Source: an uncultured Candidatus Saccharibacteria bacterium | GTDB lineage: Bacteria > Patescibacteriota > UBA1384 > JAMDBS01 > DAOVQR01 | NCBI GenBank assembly: GCA_964481135.1 | Contig: CAYZSW010000004.1 | Coordinates: 20,110 to 84,109, forward strand | Direction of reading: 5' to 3' | Length of the DNA stretch: 64,000 bases | Part shown: positions 44,091-54,126 of the stretch, piece after piece | Layout: each line of letters begins with the position of its first letter | How positions within the stretch are numbered: position 1 is the first letter of the stretch | Position numbers and translations under genes: made by a program | The notes under the pieces: model-generated | Told to the model about the DNA's origin: nothing | Databases searched by the model: none | The model's input: the letters and a program-made list of their open reading frames with translations, nothing else

Positions 44091-45104
44091 TTATTTACTA
44101 AATCCCTTTGGATTTTCTTTATGCCATTTATATGCTGTTTTGATAATAGATTCGATAGTATCATATTTTGGTTTCCATTTCAATTCTTTTTTTGCATTTG
44201 AGGCATCTGCAATAAGTTTAGCCGGGTCTCCTGCTCGACGCGGCCCGTATTCAACATTAAAATCAACACCAGAAACCTTTTTAACCGCGTTTACAAGTTC
44301 TAAATTAGAAAATCCTTTCCCTAGTCCTAAATTAAAGACATAGCATCTATTTTTTTCTTTGATAAGTTTTAATGCTTTAACATGGGCTGATGCTAGGTCT
44401 TCTACATGAATATAATCTCTAACGCATGTTTTATCTTTTGTTTTGTAATCTTTACCAAATATTGTAAATTTTTTTCTTTTACCTATTGCAGTTTCGATTA
44501 TTAATGGGATTATATGTGTTTCCGGATCATGATTTTCTCCAATTAAACCATCAAAAGATGCGCCCGCTGCATTAAAATATCTAAGAACACAAAAATTAAT
44601 TCCATAAGCTATATAAAATCTAACCAAAACTTCTTCAAAAATTAATTTTGTTGTACCGTAAGTGTTTACAGGTGCCTTTGGATCAGTTTCTTTGATGGGA
44701 ATTTTTTTTGGTTCACCATAAACTCCAGCGCTCGAAGAAAAAACAATATGTTTGATATTATTTAATACCATTGCGTCAAGTAGTATTGTACCAGCACAAA
44801 CATTGTTGTAGAAATATTTACCAGGTGACTGAACTGATTCTCCAACCTGTATTGACCCGGCAAAATGAATAACTGCGTCAATTTTTTCATTTTTCATTAA
44901 ATTACTTAATTTATTAAATTCATTTATATTACCTTTTACAAATTTGATTTTTTTTGATTTTAATTTTGAGTTAATTTTTTCGATTGCTTGTTGATGTCCA
45001 CTCGAAAGATCATCATAAACAATTATATTGTTATAATGTTTTATTAATTCACGAACGGTATGAGATCCAATATATCCTGCCCCACCTGTTACTAAAATAT
45101 TCAT
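44091..45104 (-). CDS. galE: UDP-glucose 4-epimerase / NAD-dependent epimerase
   Basis: MNILVTGGAGYIGSH Rossmann motif, YGTTK catalytic YxxxK. Confidence 0.82.
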   Translation of the reverse strand: MNILVTGGAGYIGSHTVRELIKHYNNIIVYDDLSSGHQQAIEKINSKLKSKKIKFVKGNINEFNKLSNLMKNEKIDAVIHFAGSIQVGESVQSPGKYFYNNVCAGTILLDAMVLNNIKHIVFSSSAGVYGEPKKIPIKETDPKAPVNTYGTTKLIFEEVLVRFYIAYGINFCVLRYFNAAGASFDGLIGENHDPETHIIPLIIETAIGKRKKFTIFGKDYKTKDKTCVRDYIHVEDLASAHVKALKLIKEKNRCYVFNLGLGKGFSNLELVNAVKKVSGVDFNVEYGPRRAGDPAKLIADASNAKKELKWKPKYDTIESIIKTAYKWHKENPKGFSK

Positions 45105-45183
45105 TTATAACCTCCATTTAATTGCAACATTGCTATTAGTATATATTAATTTTGGCGTTGTTTTATGATTATGATGTTAAAAA

Positions 45184-46341
45184 TTATTTATTCTGATGTA
45201 TTTTAATTGTTTTTTCGTAAGCTTTAAGCATTGTACGGGAAGTTTCCAGTATCGAATATTGTTGAGCAGTTTTTTTCGCTGTAATTGATAATTTTTGATG
45301 TAATTTCTTGTTTTCTAAAACTTTTATAACTTTTTGTGCATAACCATTAATATTATCTTTAGAAACTAACCCCTCTTTATTATTTGTAACGATATCACCA
45401 GTTCCAGGTGCTTTAACAATTACTATAGGTAATCCGGCAGCTAAACCTTCTAAAATTGTTAGAGGGTGAACTTCTGACTTACTTGCTGTAACATAAATTG
45501 TTGCTAGATTTAAATAGTCAGGCATGTCTTCGTAAGGAATAAAATCAGTTATTATTGCTTTAGTTGAAAGATTTTTTTTATTAATTAATTGATTAAATTT
45601 ATCAATTTCAACTCCTCCACCAACTAGTAAAAGTTTTGTATTAGGTATTTTTTTGTTGATTTTTTCAAAAGAGTTTATTAAAAATGAAAGATTTTTTTCT
45701 TCCGCAATTCGTCCAGTAAAAACTAAAACTCGATCTGAAGATTTAATGTCATATTTTTTTCTTAAAGAATTTATTTTATTTAAATTACTTTTTTGTTCAA
45801 ATCTTTTAACTTCAATACCATTTGGAACTATAAATATTGGAGTTTTTATTCTGTAAGATTCTAATTTTCTTTGAATTCCTGGCGCAGGAGCAATAATTAA
45901 ATCCACCTTTTGAGTAAATTTTTTAATATATTCAATAAGTTGTTTTTTTACAAATTTTTTAGAAAAAGGAATATAGTGTAAATATTGATCGTATTGAGTA
46001 TGATTGGTAAAGGCAATTGGAATATTAAATTTTTTAGCAGTTTTAGAGGCAATGTCTCCCATAATAAAAGGATGTTGAACATGAATTATATCCATTGTTT
46101 TAGCTATATTAAGAACTTTTTTTTCCAAAGGAAAAATATAATGATAACCACTTTTACCTGGTAATTGCCATGATTTGCAGTATATTACTTTTTTATCATT
46201 GGGCTTAGTGTCAGTATAAGTAGGACAAAAAATATAAACATCATGCCCGAGTTTAGTAAGTCCTTCTTTAAAACCAATTACAGAATTTACAACCCCGTTT
46301 AATAAAGGTTTGTAACATTCAGTGAAAATTCCAATACGCAT
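45184..46341 (-). CDS. glycosyltransferase family 4 (GT-B fold)
   Basis: C-terminal EGLAAGLPIVIVKAPGTGDIV nucleotide-sugar binding motif. Confidence 0.75.
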   Translation of the reverse strand: MRIGIFTECYKPLLNGVVNSVIGFKEGLTKLGHDVYIFCPTYTDTKPNDKKVIYCKSWQLPGKSGYHYIFPLEKKVLNIAKTMDIIHVQHPFIMGDIASKTAKKFNIPIAFTNHTQYDQYLHYIPFSKKFVKKQLIEYIKKFTQKVDLIIAPAPGIQRKLESYRIKTPIFIVPNGIEVKRFEQKSNLNKINSLRKKYDIKSSDRVLVFTGRIAEEKNLSFLINSFEKINKKIPNTKLLLVGGGVEIDKFNQLINKKNLSTKAIITDFIPYEDMPDYLNLATIYVTASKSEVHPLTILEGLAAGLPIVIVKAPGTGDIVTNNKEGLVSKDNINGYAQKVIKVLENKKLHQKLSITAKKTAQQYSILETSRTMLKAYEKTIKIHQNK

Positions 46342-46445
46342 ATGCTCCTTTCACACAAATTTATACACATTAGAACATAAATTCACACATAACTTCGGTA
46401 GCGTGTATTTTCGTGTTCATGTTTGTGTATGTCTATGTATTTTCA

Positions 46446-48323
46446 TTATAACAAACTTATTGGGTCTACATCTACACTTACTCCTTGTGGAAGAGATTCA
46501 ATAATTTGTTTTAGTTGTTCTTGTTGCTTGTTGCTTGTAACTTGTTGCTTGATAATAATCTGATATCTGTATTTTCCACGACTTTTTTCAATAAAACATG
46601 GTACAGGTCTAATAATTTCTAAATTAGAAATTTCAAATTTCATATTTAAAATTTTATTGTAAATATTAAATATTGTTTTTTTACAAATTTCATTATCCTT
46701 ATCCTGATAAATTATTTTTATAAGTTGTGAATATGGAGGATAATTATATTTTTTTCTTAATAATAATTCATTTTTTAAAAAACCATTAAAGTTATTATTT
46801 ATTAAATATTGGTAAATTTCTTTATCGGGATTTTTTGTTTGAACTATTAACTGTTTTTTGCATTTTTGTATTAATCTAGTGAGCGTAAAATATATATTTT
46901 CCGTTGATTGATAATCTGGTAAATTTAAAATATTATCAATATTAATAATTCCAATTAAATCAGCATTAATGCTAGAATAACTAAATATTTTTTTTGTTGT
47001 AACAATAATATCTGCATCGTAAACATTTTGTGAATTTTTTTCAATTTTAGTAATTTGTGTTTCTGGGAAAAGTTTTTTTATTTCTGATATTACTTTATCA
47101 ATTCCAATACCAAAAGATATAAAACTTGTTCCTTTACAAACAGGACATGTAGATGGGATACTTGATTCTTGGTTGCAGCGATAGCAAATAAATTGAGAAA
47201 CATTTTTTTTCACTAGTGGTAAATCACAATTTAGACACTTAAATTCGTATTTACAGTTTTTACATAATATATTAGAAGACATACCTTTGCGATTTACATA
47301 CAAAATAATTTTTTGTTTATTTTTTAAATTATTTCTAATTTCATTTTCTAAAAACCAAGAGATTATTGTTTTTTCTTTAGATGAATCTATTAGGTTAATA
47401 TTAATATTTGAATTTGTAGTAGAAGAAGCTAGAGATTTTAAATTGATATATTTTTTCTCGTTTATATTAAATTTATCAGAAACGCTTGGACAAGAATCTC
47501 CTAATATTAAATTAATTTTTAATAAACAGGAAAGCCATTTTACAATTTTTAAGCAGTGGTAGTGAGGAGATCGTTCTTCTTTAAATGCAAAATGATGCGG
47601 AGAATCTATTATCATTAATCCTAATTTAGTAATTGGTAGAAATATTGCTGAACGGGTCCCAATTACAATTTGATATTTTCCTGATCTAATATCTAGCCAA
47701 TCTTGATATCTTTGAGTTTTTGTTTTATTTGTGTCATATACTATAACTTTGTCAAATTCAGATTTAATTTTATTTATCAATGGATCATTGCCTAATATTT
47801 CAGGAATTAATATTAAAACACAGTTATTTTTACGAACTACTTTGTTGATTAACTTTAAATATTGTTCTATTCTATTTTCTAGTCGGTCGTATATTGTATA
47901 TATTTTATTTTTGAATGGTTTTTTATCATTACTAATATAATTGTTTTTTTGATTTAAAACAAAATCACTATTTTTCATATTACTTAGAATTCTTTTTGCG
48001 GGCGGAGGAATCATGAAAAAAACAACTTCACCTAAAGATGCCAAATAATAATTGGAGATCATTTCTGCAATTTTTTTTTGGTGCTGATTTAAAACAGGCT
48101 TTTTATCAATAATTTTTGAAATTGATTTAAGTTTAAATTTTATATCACTTTTTTCATGTTTTTTAATATCCCAAATAACTCCAAATATTTTTTTTCTACC
48201 AAAAGGGATTTCAACCAATAATCCAGATTTAATAAATGGTAATTGTTCAGGTTTAATTAGATAGGTGAATTTTTGATTTATTTTTTTGGTTTTAGAATTT
48301 ACAACAATAGATGCATATTGCAT
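46446..48323 (-). CDS. priA: primosomal protein N' (PriA) homolog with degenerate helicase motifs I/II
   Basis: N-terminal 3'-DNA-binding domain (MQYASIVVNSKTKKINQKFTYLI...), paired zinc fingers CKNCKYEFKCLNCD...CYRC...CPVCKG; no GxGKT Walker A (DRLENR at the expected place) and DSPHH in place of DExH. Confidence 0.7.
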   Translation of the reverse strand: MQYASIVVNSKTKKINQKFTYLIKPEQLPFIKSGLLVEIPFGRKKIFGVIWDIKKHEKSDIKFKLKSISKIIDKKPVLNQHQKKIAEMISNYYLASLGEVVFFMIPPPAKRILSNMKNSDFVLNQKNNYISNDKKPFKNKIYTIYDRLENRIEQYLKLINKVVRKNNCVLILIPEILGNDPLINKIKSEFDKVIVYDTNKTKTQRYQDWLDIRSGKYQIVIGTRSAIFLPITKLGLMIIDSPHHFAFKEERSPHYHCLKIVKWLSCLLKINLILGDSCPSVSDKFNINEKKYINLKSLASSTTNSNININLIDSSKEKTIISWFLENEIRNNLKNKQKIILYVNRKGMSSNILCKNCKYEFKCLNCDLPLVKKNVSQFICYRCNQESSIPSTCPVCKGTSFISFGIGIDKVISEIKKLFPETQITKIEKNSQNVYDADIIVTTKKIFSYSSINADLIGIINIDNILNLPDYQSTENIYFTLTRLIQKCKKQLIVQTKNPDKEIYQYLINNNFNGFLKNELLLRKKYNYPPYSQLIKIIYQDKDNEICKKTIFNIYNKILNMKFEISNLEIIRPVPCFIEKSRGKYRYQIIIKQQVTSNKQQEQLKQIIESLPQGVSVDVDPISLL

Positions 48324-48366
48324 ATAATACTCTAATAAATGTTAATTTGATGCGAATTAATGCTAA

Positions 48367-48771
48367 TCAAATTTTATTAATTATTCTTTTTATTTTTACA
48401 TCATTCTTAGTAAATAAAATTAGCATTCCTAATCTTAATTTTTGGGCTTTTAAGTAAGCCCGAATCTGTTCATAATCTTTTTTATAAAAATATTGGCCTA
48501 CTTTTAATTCTAGAATAATTTTATTTTCAATTAAAAAGTCAAGTATGTATTTTCCAATTTTATGATTATCAAATTCTAAATCTATACCTATCTGCTGCGT
48601 ATAGTTTATATGATATTTGTTAAATCTTATTGCGAGAGCTTTTTGATAATATTTTTCTTGATATCCATACCCTAATTCATTATAGACATCATAAATAATC
48701 CCAACAATTTTATAACTTAGTTTAGGGTATACTAAATCGTCTTTAGCATTATCATTATTTAAAATTAGCAT
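48367..48771 (-). CDS. GxxExxY-family protein
   Basis: ELGYGYQEKYYQKALAIRF ... KIILELKV ... signature of the GxxExxY protein family. Confidence 0.75.
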   Translation of the reverse strand: MLILNNDNAKDDLVYPKLSYKIVGIIYDVYNELGYGYQEKYYQKALAIRFNKYHINYTQQIGIDLEFDNHKIGKYILDFLIENKIILELKVGQYFYKKDYEQIRAYLKAQKLRLGMLILFTKNDVKIKRIINKI

Positions 48772-48811
48772 ATATTTGCATTGAAATTAGTAATTATTAG
48801 TATGCAAGATA

Positions 48812-49354
48812 TTACTTATGTCTTGTTACTTCAAATCGATATAGATAAACTGGTTCTTCCGGAGAAATTCCAGCTTTTTGACGAGCAATTCCAACTTGTA
48901 GCTCAGCTGTATCGATATCTGGCAAATCAGGTAATAATAATCCTGTGCGGCCGTCTTTACTTTTAACAATTACTCCGTATTTCTTAGTATCTAAAGATGT
49001 AATTCCTTGAATCGGTTCGGGTTTACTTAAAACATCAACAGAAATTTCAAGGTTATTTAATTCCTCTTTTTCTATTGGCTGAAAACGAAAGTCAGATGAA
49101 CAAGCAGAAATTGCATTATCAATAATTTCTTGCGCAATATTTTTTTTAGTTGCTAAAAATGTTCCAATACATCCCCGCAGTTTTTTTTCTGTGTTATTTT
49201 GTGTATTTGTTTGTGTTGATTCGTGTATAGACACAAAAACACCAGATTTTTTTTCTAGCATTTCTTTTGGTAAATTTTTAGGAACATCAATTTTCTTACC
49301 TGTTTTTACATAATTCTCAATTGCAAATTTTGCAAGTTTTGTGTAATTGTCCAT
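48812..49354 (-). CDS. AMMECR1-domain protein
   Basis: LRGCIGTF motif and ...CSSDFRFQPI... typical of AMMECR1. Confidence 0.8.
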   Translation of the reverse strand: MDNYTKLAKFAIENYVKTGKKIDVPKNLPKEMLEKKSGVFVSIHESTQTNTQNNTEKKLRGCIGTFLATKKNIAQEIIDNAISACSSDFRFQPIEKEELNNLEISVDVLSKPEPIQGITSLDTKKYGVIVKSKDGRTGLLLPDLPDIDTAELQVGIARQKAGISPEEPVYLYRFEVTRHK

Positions 49355-49405
49355 AATTATTTTTTTTCTGTTAGTAGACAGTTCTTATCAATATTTTACT
49401 AATAA

Positions 49406-50200
49406 TTATTTATTAGTATTTTGAATTTTAAAGTTGGTTACTAGGTAGCCGACGCCAAATGGTCCTTCATAGCTTAGTATTTCAGTTTGATAATTTAATT
49501 TTTCCAAAACACCCAGTAATATTAAAATTGATTTATATCCACATTCACCAGCATCTTTAATGATATCTTCATCTATATTTAATATTGCTTCAGTATCCTT
49601 TGATTTTAAATCGTTAATTATTTGTTTATCAAAATTTGTTCCAATATTATTTTCGAACAACCGGTGTGACATATCGCCACTTGCAATTATTCCAATATTT
49701 TTTTCTTCTAGATTACATACATCAAAAATAACCTGTCCGAAGGCGTAGTGATGCAAGCGGTCTAGCATAGAATAATTAATTGGAATAATTTTAATATCTT
49801 CATCTAAATGTTTAGATAAATAATACATTGGTACTAATATTCCATGATCTAGGATAAAATTTTCAGTATTAGCATTGCAGTTAATATTATTTTCTTGAGC
49901 TTGATTTATAATTTTTTGTGCTAAGCTGTCATTTGATGAAAAGTCAAATTTTATTTGTGGTGCTTTAAATTGTGTAAAATTTCCAGAAAATTCGCCGCCG
50001 AACCAAACATTCATTCTATCTGGATAAATTACACCATGAGGAGAAATTACAATTAAAGTATCAATATCTTGTTCTGAAATATGCTCTGCTAATTTCTCCA
50101 TAGCTAAAATAGTTTTTTTAGCTAATTTTAAATCATTTGTTTTACCTACACCGGGAATAATTATTGGAGGATGTGGTGAAATTGCGCAAAATTTGATCAT
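49406..50200 (-). CDS. Memo-like protein (AmmeMemoRadiSam system protein B)
   Basis: MIKFCAISPHPPIIIPGVG...LIVISPHG (MEMO1-family His motifs); adjacent to the AMMECR1 gene. Confidence 0.75.
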   Translation of the reverse strand: MIKFCAISPHPPIIIPGVGKTNDLKLAKKTILAMEKLAEHISEQDIDTLIVISPHGVIYPDRMNVWFGGEFSGNFTQFKAPQIKFDFSSNDSLAQKIINQAQENNINCNANTENFILDHGILVPMYYLSKHLDEDIKIIPINYSMLDRLHHYAFGQVIFDVCNLEEKNIGIIASGDMSHRLFENNIGTNFDKQIINDLKSKDTEAILNIDEDIIKDAGECGYKSILILLGVLEKLNYQTEILSYEGPFGVGYLVTNFKIQNTNK

Positions 50201-50333
50201 ATATTTCCAAATTTATAATATTTAATATAATAATTACAATGTTTTACAAAATAATAATTTCTTTGAGTTGATTATATCAAAATTATTAATAAAAGTTGAA
50301 TTTATGGCATAAAATAGATAAAATATTGATGAG

Positions 50334-50936
50334 GTGATTATGTTTTATGATCGAATTGAATCCGGGGAAAAACTAGCTAAAAAAATTACTCAGTATAAAG
50401 ACAAAAAAAATACTGTAATTTTAGCTTTATCCAAGGGGGGATTGGTAGTAGGTAAAGCTATTTCGTCAAAGTTAAATTTATCACTTGGACTTTTATCAGT
50501 TAAAAAAATTTATTCACCAATTAATTCCAATTTAATTATTGGGGCATTTGCTGAAACTGGAGAGCCAATAATTAATGATCAACTAATTGGCACAGATGGT
50601 ATTAGTCCTGATTATTTAGACCGAGAAATCTCAAGCTTGAAAGAAAAAATTAAAAACTCTAATATTAATCAAAAGTTAATAAAAAAAAATGATGTTTCCA
50701 GTCAAAGCATTATTATAGTTGACGATGGAATAAATTCAATTTATCCAGTTATGGCGACAATTTCATACTTAAAAACACAAAAAGTTCAAGAAATAGTTAT
50801 TGCAACACCAGTTATCAATTCGGAAATTATTTTTAAACTTAAAAATAAAGTAAATCATATATATTATATTTACTCATCAACTGAACCTTTTACTGTAGAC
50901 CAGTTTTACGAAGAATCATTTTTGGAAACTAATTGA
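50334..50936 (+). CDS. type I phosphoribosyltransferase-domain protein
   Basis: PRPP-binding loop IIIVDDGINSIYPVMAT; 200 aa. Confidence 0.6.
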   Translation: MIMFYDRIESGEKLAKKITQYKDKKNTVILALSKGGLVVGKAISSKLNLSLGLLSVKKIYSPINSNLIIGAFAETGEPIINDQLIGTDGISPDYLDREISSLKEKIKNSNINQKLIKKNDVSSQSIIIVDDGINSIYPVMATISYLKTQKVQEIVIATPVINSEIIFKLKNKVNHIYYIYSSTEPFTVDQFYEESFLETN

Positions 50937-50939
50937 TTG

Positions 50940-51491
50940 CTAATTTGTACTTGGGACAAATACTTTTCCAATAGTATTAAATGGGTATAGTGTTAGCCAT
51001 GCGCGACCGACAATTTCATTGATTTTAATAGCTCCAATTATCCTTGAATCATGGGAATGTTCTCGATTATCTCCCATAACAAAATATTCCTCAGGACCGA
51101 GTTTTATTTCAAGTGTTGTATCTGGATTATTTGCAACATAAGTTTGAAAATTTGATGGTATATAATCTTCTTCTAACAATTTATTATCAATCAATATTTT
51201 ATTGTTAGTAATTTTTATCGACTCTCCTGGTAAGCCAATAATTCGTTTAATGTAATCTGATCCTGATGCGTCAGGTGCTGCAAATACAACGACCTCACCT
51301 CTTTTAGGATTTTTTAAGCGATAGCTTAACTTATCAACAATTAAATATTGATTAGTGTGCATGTTTGGTTCCATACTATTTCCATCAACTACAAAAGGTT
51401 GGAATAAAAAAGTTCTTATTAAAAATGCAGTAATAAGAACAAAAAATATTGTCTTTAGTATTTCAAATACTGCCATTAGAGATTCTTTCAT
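50940..51491 (-). CDS. lepB: signal peptidase I
   Basis: GNSMEPNM (catalytic Ser), YIKRIIGLPGE, GDNREHSHDSR boxes. Confidence 0.9.
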   Translation of the reverse strand: MKESLMAVFEILKTIFFVLITAFLIRTFLFQPFVVDGNSMEPNMHTNQYLIVDKLSYRLKNPKRGEVVVFAAPDASGSDYIKRIIGLPGESIKITNNKILIDNKLLEEDYIPSNFQTYVANNPDTTLEIKLGPEEYFVMGDNREHSHDSRIIGAIKINEIVGRAWLTLYPFNTIGKVFVPSTN

Positions 51492-51630
51492 AAAATATGC
51501 CTATATGTATAAATTAATTTGAGATGTTTAAGTTAAAAGTATTAAATAAAATAGATTTATTTAAAACTAAAATTTCTTCAATAAATAATATATCAAAACT
51601 TGAAACTTTTGACAATTGCAATATACTAAT

Positions 51631-51658
51631 TAGTAGCTAGTAGCTAGTAGCTAGTAGC
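51631..51658. repeat. tandem heptamer repeat (TAGTAGC)x4
   Basis: tagtagctagtagctagtagctagtagc in the divergent lepB/lgt intergenic region, immediately 5' of a GC-rich palindromic repeat copy. Confidence 0.9.
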
Positions 51659-51695
51659 TTGTCTGTCTGCCGACAAGTCAGGTGGCTTGCGATGC
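51659..51695. repeat. GC-rich palindromic repeat element copy
   Basis: ttgtctgtctgccgacaagtcaggtggcttgcgatgc shares the gtctgccgaca(a)g core with 645-668, 27395-27487 and 61437-61482. Confidence 0.6.
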
Positions 51696-51727
51696 TTATA
51701 TCAGATATTTTTATTTAAGGTTAGATT

Positions 51728-52453
51728 ATGTATCCAATATTATTTTCAATTGGAAAAATTAATTTTTATAGTTATGGTTTGTTTGCAGCTATTTCGGTTA
51801 TTGCAGTATATTTTGTAATGAAACAACTAGCTTTTAAAAAACAGTTAAACGATAATAATTTATTTGATAAAGTATTGTTAGTTTTTGTTTGCGCTTTGAT
51901 TTTTTCAAGAATAAGTTATTTTGTGTTGTATAATAATCAGTTTGATGCTTGGTACGAAATTTTTTATGTTTGGAATGGAGGACTTATTTCATTCGGAGGA
52001 ATTATCGGAGGATTCATTGCTTTTCTAATAGTTTTTAAAAAAGACTTAATAAAATGGCTCGATGTAATAGGAGTTAGTTTTTTACTAGGTGCTAGTATTT
52101 GGAGAATTGGAGGTTTTTTGTCTGGTGGAAATCCTGGAATGATTTCGAATAGTTTTATTGCAATTAACAATCGTATACCTACTGTATTAATTGAATCACT
52201 GATTTTATTTTTTATATTTTTATATTTTTATAATAATTTTACCAAGATGAAATTCCCTAACGGAGTAATTTTTTGGATATGTCTAGGTGCGTATGGTTTT
52301 ATTAGAATAGGGATTGATTTTTTGCGCGATTACAGTGGACAGTCAGTTAAGGTTTTAAATACTGGGCAAATAGCGGGTTTGCTGATGTTTGTAATTTCAG
52401 GATTTGCAATATTATACCTTGTTTTGTATGATAGATATAGAAAAAGGAAATAA
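51728..52453 (+). CDS. lgt: prolipoprotein diacylglyceryl transferase
   Basis: MYPILFSIGKINFYSYGLFAAISV N-terminus, multiple TM, conserved G..GGR-like region (WRIGGFLSGGNPG). Confidence 0.85.
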   Translation: MYPILFSIGKINFYSYGLFAAISVIAVYFVMKQLAFKKQLNDNNLFDKVLLVFVCALIFSRISYFVLYNNQFDAWYEIFYVWNGGLISFGGIIGGFIAFLIVFKKDLIKWLDVIGVSFLLGASIWRIGGFLSGGNPGMISNSFIAINNRIPTVLIESLILFFIFLYFYNNFTKMKFPNGVIFWICLGAYGFIRIGIDFLRDYSGQSVKVLNTGQIAGLLMFVISGFAILYLVLYDRYRKRK

Positions 52454-52454
52454 T

Positions 52455-52799
52455 ATGAAAAAGCAATTATTTGATGAAAATTTTTTAAAACGCCAAAAAA
52501 GTTTTTTATTATCGGAAAAACAAAGATTGATTAATGAATTGGCGTCGGACAGTAAGTTTCCCGAGTATGGTGATACAGAAGAAGATAATGCTTCAGAGGT
52601 AACTGATTTTACTGAAAAAAAAGGCATTGAAAAAAAATTAAAAGGTGAATTAGTTGATGTAAAAATTGCTTTAGACAAAATTGATAATAATCTATATGGC
52701 ATGTGTGAGGAATGTAAAAAGCAAATAGAAAAAGCACGATTAGAGGCAATGCCATCGGCAAAAACTTGCATAACTCATAGTAATAAACGGATTAAATAA
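52455..52799 (+). CDS. DksA/TraR-family C4-type zinc-finger protein (atypical CxxC...CxxH)
   Basis: Coiled-coil N-terminus plus C-terminal [26 protein letters not shown]; ATG at 52455 directly after the lgt stop. Confidence 0.5.
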   Translation: MKKQLFDENFLKRQKSFLLSEKQRLINELASDSKFPEYGDTEEDNASEVTDFTEKKGIEKKLKGELVDVKIALDKIDNNLYGMCEECKKQIEKARLEAMPSAKTCITHSNKRIK

Positions 52800-53221
52800 T
52801 GAGCTTAAATAGAAGATTTTTTAACATTGCAATATTTGTAATGTTTTTTGTTTTTATGGACCAGCTTATAAAATATGTTTTACAAACATATTTTTCATTT
52901 ATTATTTCGGAAAACTACGGAATAATATTCGGAACTGTCGAAAATAATTTTTTAAAAATTTTAATAATTTTAATTGGAATTATTTTACTTATATATTTAA
53001 TTTTTAATACTGATTTTTCAAAATTTTCAAACATGCTTGCAATCTCTTTAATTATTGCAGGAGCAATTTCTAATATTTTGGACAGGTTTATTTATGGATA
53101 TGTAGTAGATTATATAAATTTACCTTCATTTTTATCTTTTTGGCCAACTTTTAATTTAGCAGATATTTTCATTGTAATCGGCTTAGTTGTATATTTATAT
53201 AATTTTTTTAAAAGTAAATGA
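52799..53221 (+). CDS. lspA: lipoprotein signal peptidase (signal peptidase II)
   Basis: NYGIIFG and [11 protein letters not shown] motifs, 4 TM. Confidence 0.85.
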   Translation: MSLNRRFFNIAIFVMFFVFMDQLIKYVLQTYFSFIISENYGIIFGTVENNFLKILIILIGIILLIYLIFNTDFSKFSNMLAISLIIAGAISNILDRFIYGYVVDYINLPSFLSFWPTFNLADIFIVIGLVVYLYNFFKSK

Positions 53222-53290
53222 TTTATGTTTTATTTTAGTGAAGTATGATTTATAGATCTAACTATAATACTTTTTATAAAAGTTTGTTTT

Positions 53291-53412
53291 AATCCAGCCT
53301 TCGCGAAATCCCAGGGCTTTAGCCCGGGGATGAAGCAAGGTAAGATTTCGCTACGGCGGATTTCAGCTCCGCCTAAGTGGAATCCGCGGGTTTTAACCCG
53401 CGGAGCTTCAAT
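53291..53412. other. GC-rich multi-hairpin element (possible ncRNA or 3'UTR structure), strand undetermined
   Basis: gcgaaatc...gatttcgc enclosing cccagggc-ttta-gcccgggg; ggcgga-tttcagc-tccgcc; gctccgc[...ccgcgggttttaacccgcgg]agc. About 60% GC in a 30% GC genome. Confidence 0.4.
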
Positions 53413-53435
53413 AGGTAATAAATTCTAAATAAAAA

Positions 53436-53466
53436 AATCATTTTTATTAAATGATTTTTTTTTAAA
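53436..53466. terminator. bidirectional rho-independent terminator between lspA (+) and rplT (-)
   Basis: aatcattt-ttattaa-aaatgatt hairpin flanked by A7 on the 5' side and T9 on the 3' side. Confidence 0.65.
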
Positions 53467-53493
53467 AATAAACTATATTTTAAATATTTTTTA

Positions 53494-53838
53494 TTATTTA
53501 ATTCGATCAATGATTTTTTTAAATTCTTCTGGATGATTCATGGCCAGGTCTGCTAATACTTTTCTATCAAGCTCAATTTTTTTATCGCTAAGTTTTTTGA
53601 TAAAAGTTGAATAATTAATATCATGTTCTTTACAGGCAGCATTTATTCTAATTATCCAAAGCTGTCTCATTTCTCTTTTTTTTGTTTTTCGGTGTCGATA
53701 AGAGTGTTCACCAGCTTGAGAAATTGCTTCCTTGGCTCTTTTTATTAAATTTTTTCTGCCATGTTTATATCCTTTTGTTTTTTTAAGGATATTTTTATGA
53801 GTTTTTTTAGATTGTATACCTCTTTTAACTCTTGTCAT
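53494..53838 (-). CDS. rplT: 50S ribosomal protein bL20
   Basis: MTRVKRGIQSKKTHKNILKKTKGYKHGR... canonical L20. Confidence 0.92.
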   Translation of the reverse strand: MTRVKRGIQSKKTHKNILKKTKGYKHGRKNLIKRAKEAISQAGEHSYRHRKTKKREMRQLWIIRINAACKEHDINYSTFIKKLSDKKIELDRKVLADLAMNHPEEFKKIIDRIK

Positions 53839-53895
53839 TGGGTTCCTTAATTGGTTATGCTAACATTATTTTAATTTATAAAAGATTACGAATAA

Positions 53896-54096
53896 TTACC
53901 TGTACGGCAATAATTTTTTAATTTTTTTTGCATCAGTATTACTTAAAACAGCGTTTCTAGTTGATTGAGTAAGTGTTCTTTTTGATTTTCCTTTAGTTCT
54001 GTGTTGTGCAGACATTTTTTTTCTAATTATTTTATTTTTTTTAGAAATTTTTACAATTCTTTTTTTTGCTGATTTCGAAGTTTTTAGTTTTGGCAT
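53896..54096 (-). CDS. rpmI: 50S ribosomal protein bL35
   Basis: MPKLKTSKSAKKR... canonical L35. Confidence 0.9.
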   Translation of the reverse strand: MPKLKTSKSAKKRIVKISKKNKIIRKKMSAQHRTKGKSKRTLTQSTRNAVLSNTDAKKIKKLLPYR

Positions 54097-54126
54097 TCTT
54101 TGACTCCTTTGATAGTATTTCGATGG

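Noticed and set aside
46528-46560. heptamer-like repeat cttgttgcttgttgcttgtaacttgttgcttg
   Set aside because: It lies inside the priA coding region and encodes the QQVTSNKQQEQ stretch of the C-terminus. It is a codon-level repeat, not an intergenic repeat element.
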